Assembly: GCA_964035575.1 (NCBI GenBank)
Contig: OZ037839.1
Location: 1-64,000, forward strand
DNA: 64,000 bases
Origin: Rhynchopus sp. YZ270_cl-10
Taxonomy: Eukaryota
Reading direction: 5' to 3'
Part shown: positions 25,001 to 33,387 of the stretch, in pieces
Layout: each line of letters starts with the position of its first letter
Numbering within the stretch: the first letter of the stretch is position 1
Position numbers and translations under genes: made by a program
Notes under the pieces: generated by a model
Database searches by the model: none
The model's input: only the letters and a program-made list of their open reading frames with translations
What the model was told of the DNA's origin: nothing

Positions 25001-28000
25001 CCAAGTGGCCCAACAGCTCGTCGGGGATGTACGCTCCATCCGCCTGGTGGCGACGCATATGCTGCAGCAAGCCCTTACGAGACAGGCCCCCGACCGCATC
25101 ACTCGAAGACAAAATTCCCGCTCTGCATCCATCAAAGGGGCAGAACACCCGATCCGCATTGATGTGCCCCAGCTTGGTAGCCAGGGGGGCGGTGGTGGTG
25201 GTGTTGGTGGGGATGATGCCATCCAAATGCGCTGTGTCCAGCACTGCCTGCCGAGCCTCCTTCCTCATCTTCTCTGCCATCCCCTCCTTGGTCTTCCCCA
25301 CCTCCGGGACAAGCTCCACTGCCTCAAAGTGAGAGTCACAGAGAGCGATGACGACCGTGGGAAGTTTCGCTTGGAAGCTCTCCGCGTACGACTTGGCGAC
25401 TCTTTTGCTACCAGGGGTGATGCGCACGAGGGGGTTCTCTTCCGACGCCTGCACCACCACGATGTTGATGCGGGATGCTGTCGCGGTGAGCTGAAGCCCC
25501 AAGTGGTTGAGGTGGGCCTCGCCGGTCACACCATTGGCAAACTCCGTCATGGCCTCCTGCGACCCCAGCACCTGCACCAGGCGGTTCGACACCTCCACTG
25601 CTGTGTCATACAGCTGCTTGCGCATTGCCCTCACGTCCGGCTGCGTGTCGTGGTCCCAGAGGTGTAGTGCCACATAACCACAATCATTTGTGGACACGTT
25701 GGGGATGCGTTTAGCTCCAAACTTCGCCAGAGTCGCGTCCACAGACACCGCTTGCTCTGTATACGCAGGAGCGTTCACGTTTGCGCACCCACCGGTCAAC
25801 GCAAACGGGGACAAGCTGATCGGGTGCTCCGGATCCGCAGGGGCAGGGCGCAGGTCCCAGGGCGTCACCGCTCGCCACAACAGCGACAGCAAGACCAGTA
25901 GGGACACCACCAGCATGCCAAATGCCATCCCGATCCTACGAGTCCACCTGCGTGCTGCCACACGGCGCACCTCCAAGAGAAGAACCCAGCCAAGTGGGCG
26001 CGCGACGCCGACCAGTGCCACAAAACCCGCCAAACAACCACCTGCGGACCATGCAACCCACACCCACTCGGCTGCACACACCGACAACTGACCCACCCCC
26101 ATCACACTGGCCCTCACCAAGCTGGCAGCCACTCGGATCCCTCCGGTCCATCGGCGCACTCGCTCGCTCGCCCCTTCCAGCCACCGCCATCCTCTCCGAA
26201 CGCGGCACAGTCCCCGCAGCACACCCACCCCCAGCACCTCCGCGTCCCGAAAAAGCGCGCAACCCAAAACATGTGGCGCTGACCTCCCAAGCTCAGACCC
26301 CACAAAAACCAGAACCCAGATGGCCACACACTGCAAAGCACCTCTCAACGCATCGGCGACCCTGATCCTGCGGAAAACTGGGTGCGCTGCCGGAGAGGGC
26401 GGACGATTGCAGGGCGCCTTGCGCCGACGGAGCCTGCCCGCCTGTGACTTGGTCCAGTTCAAGGACCGGTGTCCTCGTCGCGTCCTCCTGGTCCTCCTGC
26501 CCACTAGCCACAAAATGAGATGACTGAGGGTAGGGGCGCGTCTGTCCTTCCACAGATCCAGGACCGCGAACGACACAAACACTCCCCACTCAGGTGCCTC
26601 GACTACCCAGCAGGGGTCAGGTTGACGCAAGGAGGTGAAGACCTCCCAGAGGTTGCACCACCAGTCGAACCAAAACTCTATCTGTACACACCCCTTTTGC
26701 CACACCCGCATCATCACACAGCCACTCTGTCCTTCTCGCCCCTCAAGGCTGACCCCGAACACCAGCATACCTCGCTCACCACCCCCTAAGTTGTTGTTGC
26801 TGCGTCTGCTGTTGATGTTGGTGCTGCTGTTGGACCTGCTGTTGGAACTGCTGCTGCAGAAGTCTATGGAACTGCAGTTGAAACTGCTGTTGTGCCTGCT
26901 GTTGGAACTGCTGCTGGAACTGCTTTTGGAGACGCTGTTGGACCTGCTGTTGGAACCGCTGCTGCAGAAGTCTTTGGAACTGCTGTTAAAACTGCTGTTA
27001 AGCCTGCTGTTGGAACTGCTGTTGGACCTGCCGTTAGAGCTGCTGCCGCAGAAGTCCTTGGAACTGCTGATGAAACTGCTGTTGTGCCTGCTGTTGTGCC
27101 TGTTGCTGGAACTGCTTTTGGAAACGCTGTTGGAACTGCTGCTGCAGAAGCCATTGGAACTGCTGTTTAAACTGCTGTTGTGCCTGCTGCTGGAACTGCT
27201 TTTGGAAACGCTGTTGGAACCGCTGCTGCAGAAGTCTTTGGAACTGCTGTTAAAACTGCTGTTAAGCCTGCTGTTGGAACTGCTGTTGGACCTGCCGTTA
27301 GAGCTGCTGCCGCAGAAGTCCTTGGAACTGCTGATGAAACTGCTGTTGTGCCTGCTGTTGTGCCTGTTGCTGGAACTGCTTTTGGAAACGCTGTTGGAAC
27401 TGCTGCTGCAGAAGCCATTGGAACTGCTGTTTAAACTGCTGTTGTGCCTGCTGTTGGAACTGCTGCTGGAACGGCTGTTGGAAACGCTGCTGCAGAAGTC
27501 TTTGGAACTGCTGTTGAAACTGCTGCTAAGCCTGCTGTTGGACCTGCTGTTGGAGCTGCTGCTGCCGAAGTCTTTGGAACTGCAGTTGAAACTGCTGTTG
27601 TGCCTGCTGTTGGAACTGCTGCTGGAACTGCTTTTGGAGACGCTGTTGGACCTGCTGTTGGAACCGCTGCTGCAGAAGTCTTTGGAACTGCTGTTAAAAC
27701 TGCTGTTAAGCCTGCTGTTGGAACTGCTGTTGGACCTGCCGTTAGAGCTGCTGCCGCAGAAGTCCTTGGAACTGCTTTTGGAAACGCTGTTGGAACTGCT
27801 GCTGCAGAAGCCATTGGAACTGCTGTTTAAACTGCTGTTGTGCCTGCTGTTGGAACTGCTGCTGGAACTGCTGTTGGAGACGCTGCTGGACCCGCCGTTG
27901 GAGCTGCTGCCGCAGAAGTCCTTGGAACTGCTGTTGAAACTGCTGTTGTGCCTGCTGCTGGAACTGCTTTTGGAAACGCTGTTGGAACTGCTGCTGGAAC

Positions 28001-28982
28001 TGCTGTTGGAGACGCTGCTGGACCCGCCGTTGGAGCTGCTGCCGCAGAAGCCATTGGAACTGCTGTTGAAACTGCTGTTGTGCCTGCTGTTGGACCTGCT
28101 GTTGGAGCTGCTGCTGCAGAAGTCTTTGGAACTGCAGTTGAAACTGCTGTTGTGCCTGCTGTTGGAACTGCTGCTGGAACTGCTTTTGGAAACGCTCTTG
28201 CTGCTGCAGAAGCCGTTGGAACTGCTGTTTAAACTGCTGTTGTGCCTGCTGTTGGACCTGCTGTTGGAACCGCTGCTGCTGAAGCCTTTGGAACTGCTGG
28301 TGAAAAAGCTGTAGAGCCTGCTGTTGGAACTGCTGCAGTAAAGGCCTTTGGAACTGCTGCTGCTGCACACCAGGGGTGATACTGGGACCCCACCCAGGAC
28401 TCCGAAGATTTCGTTTTTGCTGCTATCACAGTTGCAGCCACTGATGTGGTTGGGCATACATTGCCTCTTTTTGGGGATATCATGGGGGGAAGGGGGGTGT
28501 GGGTTGTTATGACAACAGTTCTTTACTTTGTTGCCTCCACACACGTTTTTGTTGCTGCTATCAAAGCTGCAGCTGCTTGGGTTGTTGGGCTCAAGAGGCC
28601 TCTTTTTGGGGTAAAAAAGGGGGGGAATGGGGCTCCTGCCACTGATGAGGAAGCTGTTGTAGCATAGGAAGCTGCCGCTCCTGCTGTTGGTGCTCCTGCT
28701 ACTGCTGTTGATGCAGCTTATGTTGTTGCTGCTGTTGCTGCTGTTGCTGCTGTTGCTGCTGTTGCTGCTCTTGTTGCTACCGTTGTTGTTTCTGCTGCAG
28801 TTGCAGCTGGTGTAGCATATGCTGCTGTTGCTGCTGTTGCTGCTGTTGCTGCTGTTGCTGCTGTTGCTGCTGTTGCTGCTGTTGCTGCTGTTGCTGCTGC
28901 TGTTGGTGTAGCACCTGCTGCTGCTGCTGATGCAGACATGCAGCACCACCCACAACGCCCCCAAAAGGGCCTTCCTCCTCAT
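19056..28982 (-). CDS. Retrotransposon polyprotein (~3308 aa): S/N-rich region, hydrophobic segments, OTU-like, Zn fingers, RT, CCHC, RLE, second OTU-like, Cys cluster, coiled coil
   Basis: RT motifs VRPIAVGD, KIDYRNAFN, RGAQQGDPLGP, WYLDD (23598-23612), FLGIPIG and GGLG. CSAC..H..C followed by RHNALRD, RPGDV, LDITHV, KREKH and FEAFGG gives the RLE. OTU-like motifs are NDCGY...SHFE and GDCAF...WAD...GHYE. Start chosen as the first ATG after the ribozyme (MRRKALL). Confidence 0.92.
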   Translation of the reverse strand: MRRKALLGALWVVLHVCISSSSRCYTNSSSNSSNSSNSSNSSNSSNSSNSSNSSICYTSCNCSRNNNGSNKSSNSSNSSNSSNSSNNISCINSSSRSTNSRSGSFLCYNSFLISGRSPIPPLFYPKKRPLEPNNPSSCSFDSSNKNVCGGNKVKNCCHNNPHPPSPHDIPKKRQCMPNHISGCNCDSSKNEIFGVLGGVPVSPLVCSSSSSKGLYCSSSNSRLYSFFTSSSKGFSSSGSNSRSNSRHNSSLNSSSNGFCSSKSVSKSSSSSSSNSRHNSSFNCSSKDFCSSSSNSRSNSRHNSSFNSSSNGFCGSSSNGGSSSVSNSSSSSSSNSVSKSSSSSRHNSSFNSSSKDFCGSSSNGGSSSVSNSSSSSSSNSRHNSSLNSSSNGFCSSSSNSVSKSSSKDFCGSSSNGRSNSSSNSRLNSSFNSSSKDFCSSGSNSRSNSVSKSSSSSSSNSRHNSSFNCSSKDFGSSSSNSRSNSRLSSSFNSSSKDFCSSVSNSRSSSSSNSRHNSSLNSSSNGFCSSSSNSVSKSSSSNRHNSRHNSSFISSSKDFCGSSSNGRSNSSSNSRLNSSFNSSSKDFCSSGSNSVSKSSSSSRHNSSLNSSSNGFCSSSSNSVSKSSSSNRHNSRHNSSFISSSKDFCGSSSNGRSNSSSNSRLNSSFNSSSKDFCSSGSNSRSNSVSKSSSSSSSNSRHNSSFNCSSIDFCSSSSNSRSNSSTNINSRRSNNNLGGGERGMLVFGVSLEGREGQSGCVMMRVWQKGCVQIEFWFDWWCNLWEVFTSLRQPDPCWVVEAPEWGVFVSFAVLDLWKDRRAPTLSHLILWLVGRRTRRTRRGHRSLNWTKSQAGRLRRRKAPCNRPPSPAAHPVFRRIRVADALRGALQCVAIWVLVFVGSELGRSAPHVLGCALFRDAEVLGVGVLRGLCRVRRGWRWLEGASERVRRWTGGIRVAASLVRASVMGVGQLSVCAAEWVWVAWSAGGCLAGFVALVGVARPLGWVLLLEVRRVAARRWTRRIGMAFGMLVVSLLVLLSLLWRAVTPWDLRPAPADPEHPISLSPFALTGGCANVNAPAYTEQAVSVDATLAKFGAKRIPNVSTNDCGYVALHLWDHDTQPDVRAMRKQLYDTAVEVSNRLVQVLGSQEAMTEFANGVTGEAHLNHLGLQLTATASRINIVVVQASEENPLVRITPGSKRVAKSYAESFQAKLPTVVIALCDSHFEAVELVPEVGKTKEGMAEKMRKEARQAVLDTAHLDGIIPTNTTTTAPLATKLGHINADRVFCPFDGCRAGILSSSDAVGGLSRKGLLQHMRRHQADGAYIPDELLGHLGMSRCANDQCDMLLPQSKEVCNTCTVHFGEEGFTAPSPSSRGMLTDQDDLPSFEVMGTTRIQLKGGCPDKHLQLYSELFLRVLMDILEYQDEVAWKRLALFFTVLHRTRTERGGKDQERRLTSTWGKDLEAWKAGQYVALWEQTVEERKPRPSGWSDEDTDEGRRKRTIAKARAGLPSQAMSCATSDGLAPQTPATLEKLQTKHPAAADSKALEQADWPQPQEVPPVTVVEVMKALRSMPKSSAAGPSNVTGAHLRTLCLQRRAKGTLAALAAVLTSLARGNAPVEVAEFFAGANLVALRKPAKGPGLEEDVRPIAVGDTLRRLVGKILSARVRVPARTLLLRGNQVGVATARGAAVATDVISQYAVRNRGKGKVILKIDYRNAFNCVDRLSMLRAVDANLPELAPWVRWCYLEPSSLFYGGDTIRSQRGAQQGDPLGPLLFSLTIHQMALELKGHPGLDGTLWYLDDGSLRGSPKAVFEAYQVLCTRSSELGLEVNANKCELISTGGVSKEDLEAVGFTLNEGGQDAMGEGGFRLLDVDGFDFLGIPIGSVAFCEEYMAQKVDDSRRNLEALVDLGDSQAAFYVLRYCEGYCRMVFYMRGIPQCAEYLTAFDDLIDRCLAALLHDPDGALPELARAQAALPVALGGLGIRRTVDHRTAASLASQSGNLQLSQALDPAFTWDEERWNSAAEEYNSRVPVAFHVDRAQPKKILEQQSLSSAVIDAQADKLMQQLCMRDRARMKSLLLPLSGTYLTATPSARNQMSSADFAVVTRFRLGVAIHAEGTTCSACQGGQKRVVMDSFGDHTFGCPYSKHRVARHNALRDSVYRAAQGAGLDPALEETVRVELESKKRPGDVYLPVGVAENGPRCLDITHVCPTLPSYRTGASKFVGWSAKNQGQVKREKHERDLNKINTKFSPIVFEAFGGAGDEANLLIAQLGGLTTGQTSHLTGSAELRIRESIAVAYQKKVASSFLERGAMCVGIATLKREPCVEVDVAPSAEDMDRFGRRSAGAVEPLCDDANPDDDMSRPADRTEEQQGKRKRDVKPDHVEPPRKRTGRFDSATVIPEGPGLDVVREWEFLRECPAAQRPRATEQAAKLGASKVTWSFVAGDCAFEALLFATRRTDLTVEGLRQAAVKKVQGRADLSSAAVPNFGVWQRLMTSGDRGDQRTWADAIAVAGAGEALEVSVVILNEFARPSLMVPRKRPKAVVLLLHSGDQDAADGSGSIPGHYEPLTMDPALQQHILSFEATGGKGECQSERPMAFVGAREAEASNTFLQCEQCSKLFDASDAHFCCHTCGGLACLHCAQGSKHCPLSQIGRAEYFSALSFLHSNVPAQAASAEGSGDPPPKRAPSPAVPAPEGEDVEEVDTPMAGEEGQQAEQKQQKHEKQRKQQKQQQQKADQEKKEALQRASDAWQQALEVRREHRRSWGPDLAALRGTFGDRQQELSRFLEEQNVRLDQAKAADRHRVEELTARHKRELAEDAKRMHAQYLEDCDRHPEAGESLRAEYDRQRCERHYAIAAKHESEQKATTLLLTAVNLSRQLEAERMVAYGRCFGVVCEGRLFLPCHAVRRAVGDDPEGLEPDCVGDWMALFGPQGASPCPGEFLYCWATQQPWSGNGEGDGDCPESVVARQAVRKIAGEAGYCDTWGKTSAVIVVREGRVSWGTPSRDQLEEEVGRQAEAADTEVRVKVEEMDDDEQEQEEDLDTAMEGADRSHSLSVEGIPDQKKQARVRELLRAQSEAWMWTEEERTERGGLFPCLTMGSPVPSSVTKWISLFHYRQGEKQDGRPLLSLPLSTATFTQWYEVMKVVGLHEWSVKEKCKAKSTLHALTDNRSSRGQAFAAESTRRENEARAAREGIGRQPQASSSSSSSSTSAGRGTTTSIAQPAVSTSSSSSSAGRGNATSSAQPAPSPAPKGPQRHAAQGRSNTSNVFTDAVAQATQHVLSPQEVQRGRNGRGGGQKGRQSGGRKGKKGNKKN

Positions 28983-29047
28983 TTTAAAAAAGACTTTAAA
29001 AAAGCAAAAACCAAAAAACGAAAACAAAGAAGGACAAGACACACTAC

Positions 29048-29199
29048 GCCTTGCGCTTCGCCGGCCTGCACCCTCTACCGTTGCCCAGGGACCGCCCCGT
29101 GGAGGCGTACAAGGCTCACAATAAAACAAAGGAAAGGGGGAGGGAGGGAGGGTAAAAAGAAAGGACAAGTGTGTTGTAATGTGTAAAAAAATGGTCCCC
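29048..29199 (-). ncRNA. HDV-like self-cleaving ribozyme in the retrotransposon 5' UTR
   Basis: On the minus strand: P1 GGGGACC (29199-29193) pairs with GGUCCCU (29093-29087), with a G1-U wobble. J1/2 is 77 nt. P2 GCCUUGUAC pairs with GCGCAAGGC (one mismatch). P3 is GCC/GGC, L3 is UCCACGG, P1.1 is GG. GCAA precedes P4 CGGU/GCCG, and J4/2 is G-C-G-A-A with the catalytic C at 29060. Order and core nucleotides follow the HDV genomic ribozyme. Confidence 0.88.
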
Positions 29200-29480
29200 T
29201 GTAAAAAAATGGTCCCCTGTAAAAAAATGGTCCCCTGTAAAAAAATGGTCCCGTGTAAAAAAATGGTCCCCTGTAAAAAAATGGTCCCCTGTAAAAAAAT
29301 GGTCCCCTGTAAAAAAATGGTCCCCTGTAAAAAAATGGTCCCCTGTAAAAAAATGGTCCCCTGTAAAAAAATGGTCCCCTGTAAAAAAATGGTCCCCTGT
29401 AAAAAAATGGTCCCCTGTAAAAAAAATGGTCCCCTGTAAAAAAATGGTCCCCTGTAAAAAAATGGTCCCCTGTAAAAAAA
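29182..29480 (-). repeat. 16 tandem copies of the 18-mer GGGGACCATTTTTTTACA (ribozyme P1/cleavage-site unit)
   Basis: GGTCCCC occurs on + at 29193, 29211 ... 29464. One copy (29247) is a variant and one has an extra A. Confidence 0.95.
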
Positions 29481-29615
29481 TGTGGAGCTGTGGAGCTGTG
29501 GAGCTGTGGAGCTGTGGAGCTGTGGAGCTGTGGAGCTGTGGAGCTGTGGAGCTGTGGAGCTGTGGAGCTGTGGAGCTGTGGAGCTGTGGAGCTGTGGAGC
29601 TGTGGAGCTGTGGAG
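29481..29615 (-). repeat. (GCTCCACA)n 8-bp array, about 17 copies
   Basis: Perfect (TGTGGAGC)n on +, directly abutting the 18-mer array. Confidence 0.95.
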
Positions 29616-30459
29616 ATCACCTAAAAAGACCCCCCAGGGGTGAGCAGCAATGAAAAATGAGAACACGGAGAGGAGAGGAGGGAAGGGGGATAGTTTTTAT
29701 CTCGAAAAGAGGCGCTACGATGAGGTTTGCGGGGCGAATGTGGCAAGCACTTATCAACACGCGTAACATTGTTCCACCCTGAAAACGTAACCCCTTCCCT
29801 CTAGCACAGACCCACCTCTGGTAGTTGGTCTGCCCTACTGCCTTTTCTGCACCGTAGCTGAGTGCCACGGTGACAGCTTGTACCCACCTGCGAAAGAATA
29901 TTCGCAAGTTCCCTTCTTCAACTAACGTAAAAGCGTAACAAAACCACAACACACCACACTGAAAAAACATCAGAGCACGTACCTGCAGATCCACAGTTGT
30001 TTCACATACAGTGCACACACCCGAGAAGGCAAAGAAGACAAACATTTCACACAGCCCAAATTTTCATCTTTTTTCTAGATCTTGACAATTCCCACAAAAA
30101 TGTGGACCACATTACAAACCGATGCTACCCTCATGAAAACTTAATGTACTGTTGATTCTAAAAACGGGGTGGGGAGAAAATCGCGAATAGAAAAAATGGG
30201 TGAGATATTGAAAAAGTTGGAACGCTTCCTCACCCAGATCACACTTTTTTTTCTCGAAAACATTAAGCAAACAGTTGCCAACTGATGTGTCCTCACTAAA
30301 CTGCCACCATGTCTGCTTTCGTTGACCGCAGCACAGCTGCTTTGCTTTTGGTGCTGTGCTACATAACGGGCATCCTCAAACACAAATGGCACGTGAGCCA
30401 CCACTTGGTACTGCGAACCTCGCTAATTCTGAGGCTGAAACCACCAGCACACCTCATCG

Positions 30460-31794
30460 TCATTGTGCTCTCTGACGTTTGTGTGCTTGCTGGGGGGATT
30501 CGTCTCTGCTGCGTTTCGGATGTGCTTCAACCACAAGATGCCTCAGATCGCACTTCACTACTGCTTTGGACACAGCACTGCTGCAGCCGGTAAGGTAAAT
30601 ACTCTTCAACGAAGTGCAGTTCGGAAGAAATGGGCACTCAACAACCTTAACCCTGCTGAGTGGTGAAAGATCCAGAGTGGTTAAGCCTTTGCAGTCGCAG
30701 AGAAAGCAACCACCGCTTTCGGTCATGTTGCCGAGTGGTGAGAGATCCAGAGTGGTTAAGCCTTCGCAGCCATAGAGAAAGCAGTCAGCGATTTCTGTCA
30801 AGTTGCTGAGTGGCGAAAGATCCAGAGTGGTTAAACCTTTGCAGCCGCAGAGAAAGCTTTCACCGACGTCTGTCAAGTTGCTGAGTGGCGAAAGATCCAG
30901 AGTGGTTAAACCTTTGCAGTTGGAGAGAAAGCAGCTACCGATGCGCGTCAAGTTGCTGAGTGGCGAAAGATCCAGAGTGGTTAAACCTTCGCAGTTGGAG
31001 AGAAAGCAGCTACCGATGCGCGTCAAGTTGCTGAGTGGCGAAAGATCCAGAGTGGTTAAACCTTTGCAGTTGGAGAGAAAGCAGCTACCGATGTGCCTTA
31101 AGTTGCTGAGTGCTGAAAGATCCAGAGTGGTTAAACCTTCGCAGCCGTCGAGAGAGTAGTCACCGATGCGCGTCAAGTTGCTGAGTGCTGAAAGATCCAG
31201 AGTGGTTAAACCTTTGCAGCCTCTGAGAAATTTGCCATCGATTACTGCCACGTTGCTGAGCGGTGTAAGATCCAGAGTGGTTAAGCCTTCGCAGTCGGAG
31301 AGAAAGCAGCTACCGATGCGCGTCACATTGCTCAAGCCAGACAGGTTGATGCTTGTCAACGTTGTGCAACTGGACAGAAAGCTATCACCAACTTCCGTCA
31401 CACACGACACAGCACTCAGATCAAGTCTCGTTAATGATGAACCAGACAAGAAGTCATCCGGAATGACAGTCGCAACCTCCGCCTGCAGAAGCAAACACGC
31501 CACCTCAGGATCCTCCACCTCCTCCAACCGCTCTGCAGTGATGTCCGTCTCACCCAACGCGTGAAGCTCTGCTCGGGCTGCGTACTTCATATTTTTCGTC
31601 AGGATGATTGTGTCTCCAGCACTCAGCTGCGTGATGTCGTCTCCTTCGTCCTTCCCTCCGAAGCCCATGTGGAAGCTGTCTTCGCACAACCCCACTGCAG
31701 ACGCCACCTTCTGCCGCATCGTCTCCGTTGTGTCATCCACACCCACCTCGATCATGAGCAAGTTGTCGTCGTACCCCTTGATGGTTACGTCCAT
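30460..31794 (-). CDS. Ubiquitin-like domain + leucine-rich repeat protein (444 aa)
   Basis: Ubl-like N-terminus (MDVTIK...IEVGVDDTTETMRQKVA), then about 10 LRRs of ~25 aa (LTTLDLSPLSNLTRIGSCFLSNC). Confidence 0.85.
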   Translation of the reverse strand: MDVTIKGYDDNLLMIEVGVDDTTETMRQKVASAVGLCEDSFHMGFGGKDEGDDITQLSAGDTIILTKNMKYAARAELHALGETDITAERLEEVEDPEVACLLLQAEVATVIPDDFLSGSSLTRLDLSAVSCVTEVGDSFLSSCTTLTSINLSGLSNVTRIGSCFLSDCEGLTTLDLTPLSNVAVIDGKFLRGCKGLTTLDLSALSNLTRIGDYSLDGCEGLTTLDLSALSNLRHIGSCFLSNCKGLTTLDLSPLSNLTRIGSCFLSNCEGLTTLDLSPLSNLTRIGSCFLSNCKGLTTLDLSPLSNLTDVGESFLCGCKGLTTLDLSPLSNLTEIADCFLYGCEGLTTLDLSPLGNMTESGGCFLCDCKGLTTLDLSPLSRVKVVECPFLPNCTSLKSIYLTGCSSAVSKAVVKCDLRHLVVEAHPKRSRDESPQQAHKRQRAQ

Positions 31795-33387
31795 TTTGTC
31801 TTCTTTTTTGTGTCGCTCTGTTGTGTGGTGGGGTTGTGGGAGTAGGAGAGGACATCAGAACACTGAAGGAGGCAATCATGGTGGGAAGAAGGCACGGAGT
31901 GCGTGGAGGAAAGCAAGACCTGAAGCCGGAGGTGCTGACATGATGTATGACGTGTTGGGAGAAGTACACGAACCTGAAATGCTCCGCTTTCAGGCAAGCA
32001 GGGGAAGTGCTGAGGGACATGGCAAAGCTGACCTCGCACTACCAGGCTAGGGGAGACGCGAGACAGCAGCGCAGGGGACAATGAATCATTCTCTTGTGGG
32101 AGTCGTGAGCAAGAGGCTGAAACAAAGATGGGAGACGGAGTCTGAAATCGGGAGGGATTATTATTCCAAATACAAGCAGATGACTGAATCAACGAAAAGG
32201 TCAAAGAAGCTTCATGAACAAAAAAAAGGGGGAGGGGAGGGGGTAAGATTTTGTTTGTGTTGCGGTAAAAGAAAAACAAAAAGAGAAAAGTTGGTAAGAT
32301 CCTAAGCTTCTCGTTCTGAGTCACTCAAACGAAAAATAATTGAGAAACGTTTTGCCTTCTTTCTTGGTTGAGACACATCAATGTCGGCTCTGTGGATCAC
32401 TGAACCACCCATATCCTGTATCACATCGTTGATTTATTGTTCCCTGCGTTGACTGCAGGAAAGTTCGCGAACTATCGCGACCGGGATTTTGGGACTTTTT
32501 TAAAACAACAATAAAGACAAATAACGCTAATTCAATAATAGTTCAACATTATCCGGGGTAGCGAAACATCCCCACGGAAAAAAGGAACTAGAAGGTATCA
32601 TCTGCATGGTTGAAAGCATAACAAGGGTTGCGTGTCTGCACACTACCAACAACCTGCAAACCTTTGCTCTCGCTACAACCATCCGATGACACAACACATG
32701 AGTGCAAAGAAAACAAGAGGGTGCACAAAACGACAAATATGATGATACGACGCTAAGAAAAACCATGCACACCGGTCCTAACAGAGGTTGCGTGTCGGGT
32801 TGTACCTGCACACTATCAGCAAACCTCTCGCAGTCGACCCGAAGTCGCACTGCTCCCGATGAAACATTTTTATGAAAACAAATCACACGAGTTAAAAAAA
32901 CACACAGGGGTTACATAGGTAAACATTGGATGATAATAACACGGGTCCACTGGCAGGGGGGCAAAGGGTGGGGCGCGAGGAGCTGGATGCGCGAGGTGTG
33001 TAGCTCGAAGCATATGTCCCTCCATATGCAGAAGACAACCACCAGGAGAAAAGGGGTGTCCGCCGTTTACTACTCCTGTAGTTGCATCAGCGACACCCTC
33101 AGGACAGTGACAGCGAGACGGAGGAGGAAGAGGAGGAACAGGCGGACAATTGTCTGTAACTCTTGGAGAGACTCATCACGGAGGTCAATAGGGTCACTCA
33201 AAAAAGGGGGTTTTCTGCGAGAAAGTCGACGTCGCCGCAGACGACCCGGAGCGTGAAGCTCTTTCGCGCTCTATTTAGAGTGTTCGGAGGGGGCGACAAG
33301 CCTCCACCCCCCTTTCCTCCCCCCCCTTTTTGATAATGGGTTTAGAGACAGATATTAGTGAATTCCTTCCTATATCCTTAGTATTTA

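Larger units (their letters stand above)
18007..29639 (-). mobile_element. Full-length non-LTR retrotransposon, RLE-type (CRE-like), ~11.6 kb
   Basis: One intact RT-RLE ORF, a ~1-kb 3' UTR ending in poly(A) (poly-T at 18007-18068 on +), and a 5' ribozyme with tandem repeats. The 5' boundary is where homology to the paralogous site at 53451 begins (29640). Confidence 0.9.

Noticed and set aside
26635..28314. Antisense 559-aa Leu-rich ORF
   Set aside because: Mirror of the stop-poor AGC/AAC repeat, with no independent domain evidence.
28983..29666. N-terminal 228-aa extension of the retrotransposon ORF
   Set aside because: It has a non-ATG start outside the element and reads through the 8- and 18-bp arrays and the ribozyme, so it is treated as 5' UTR.
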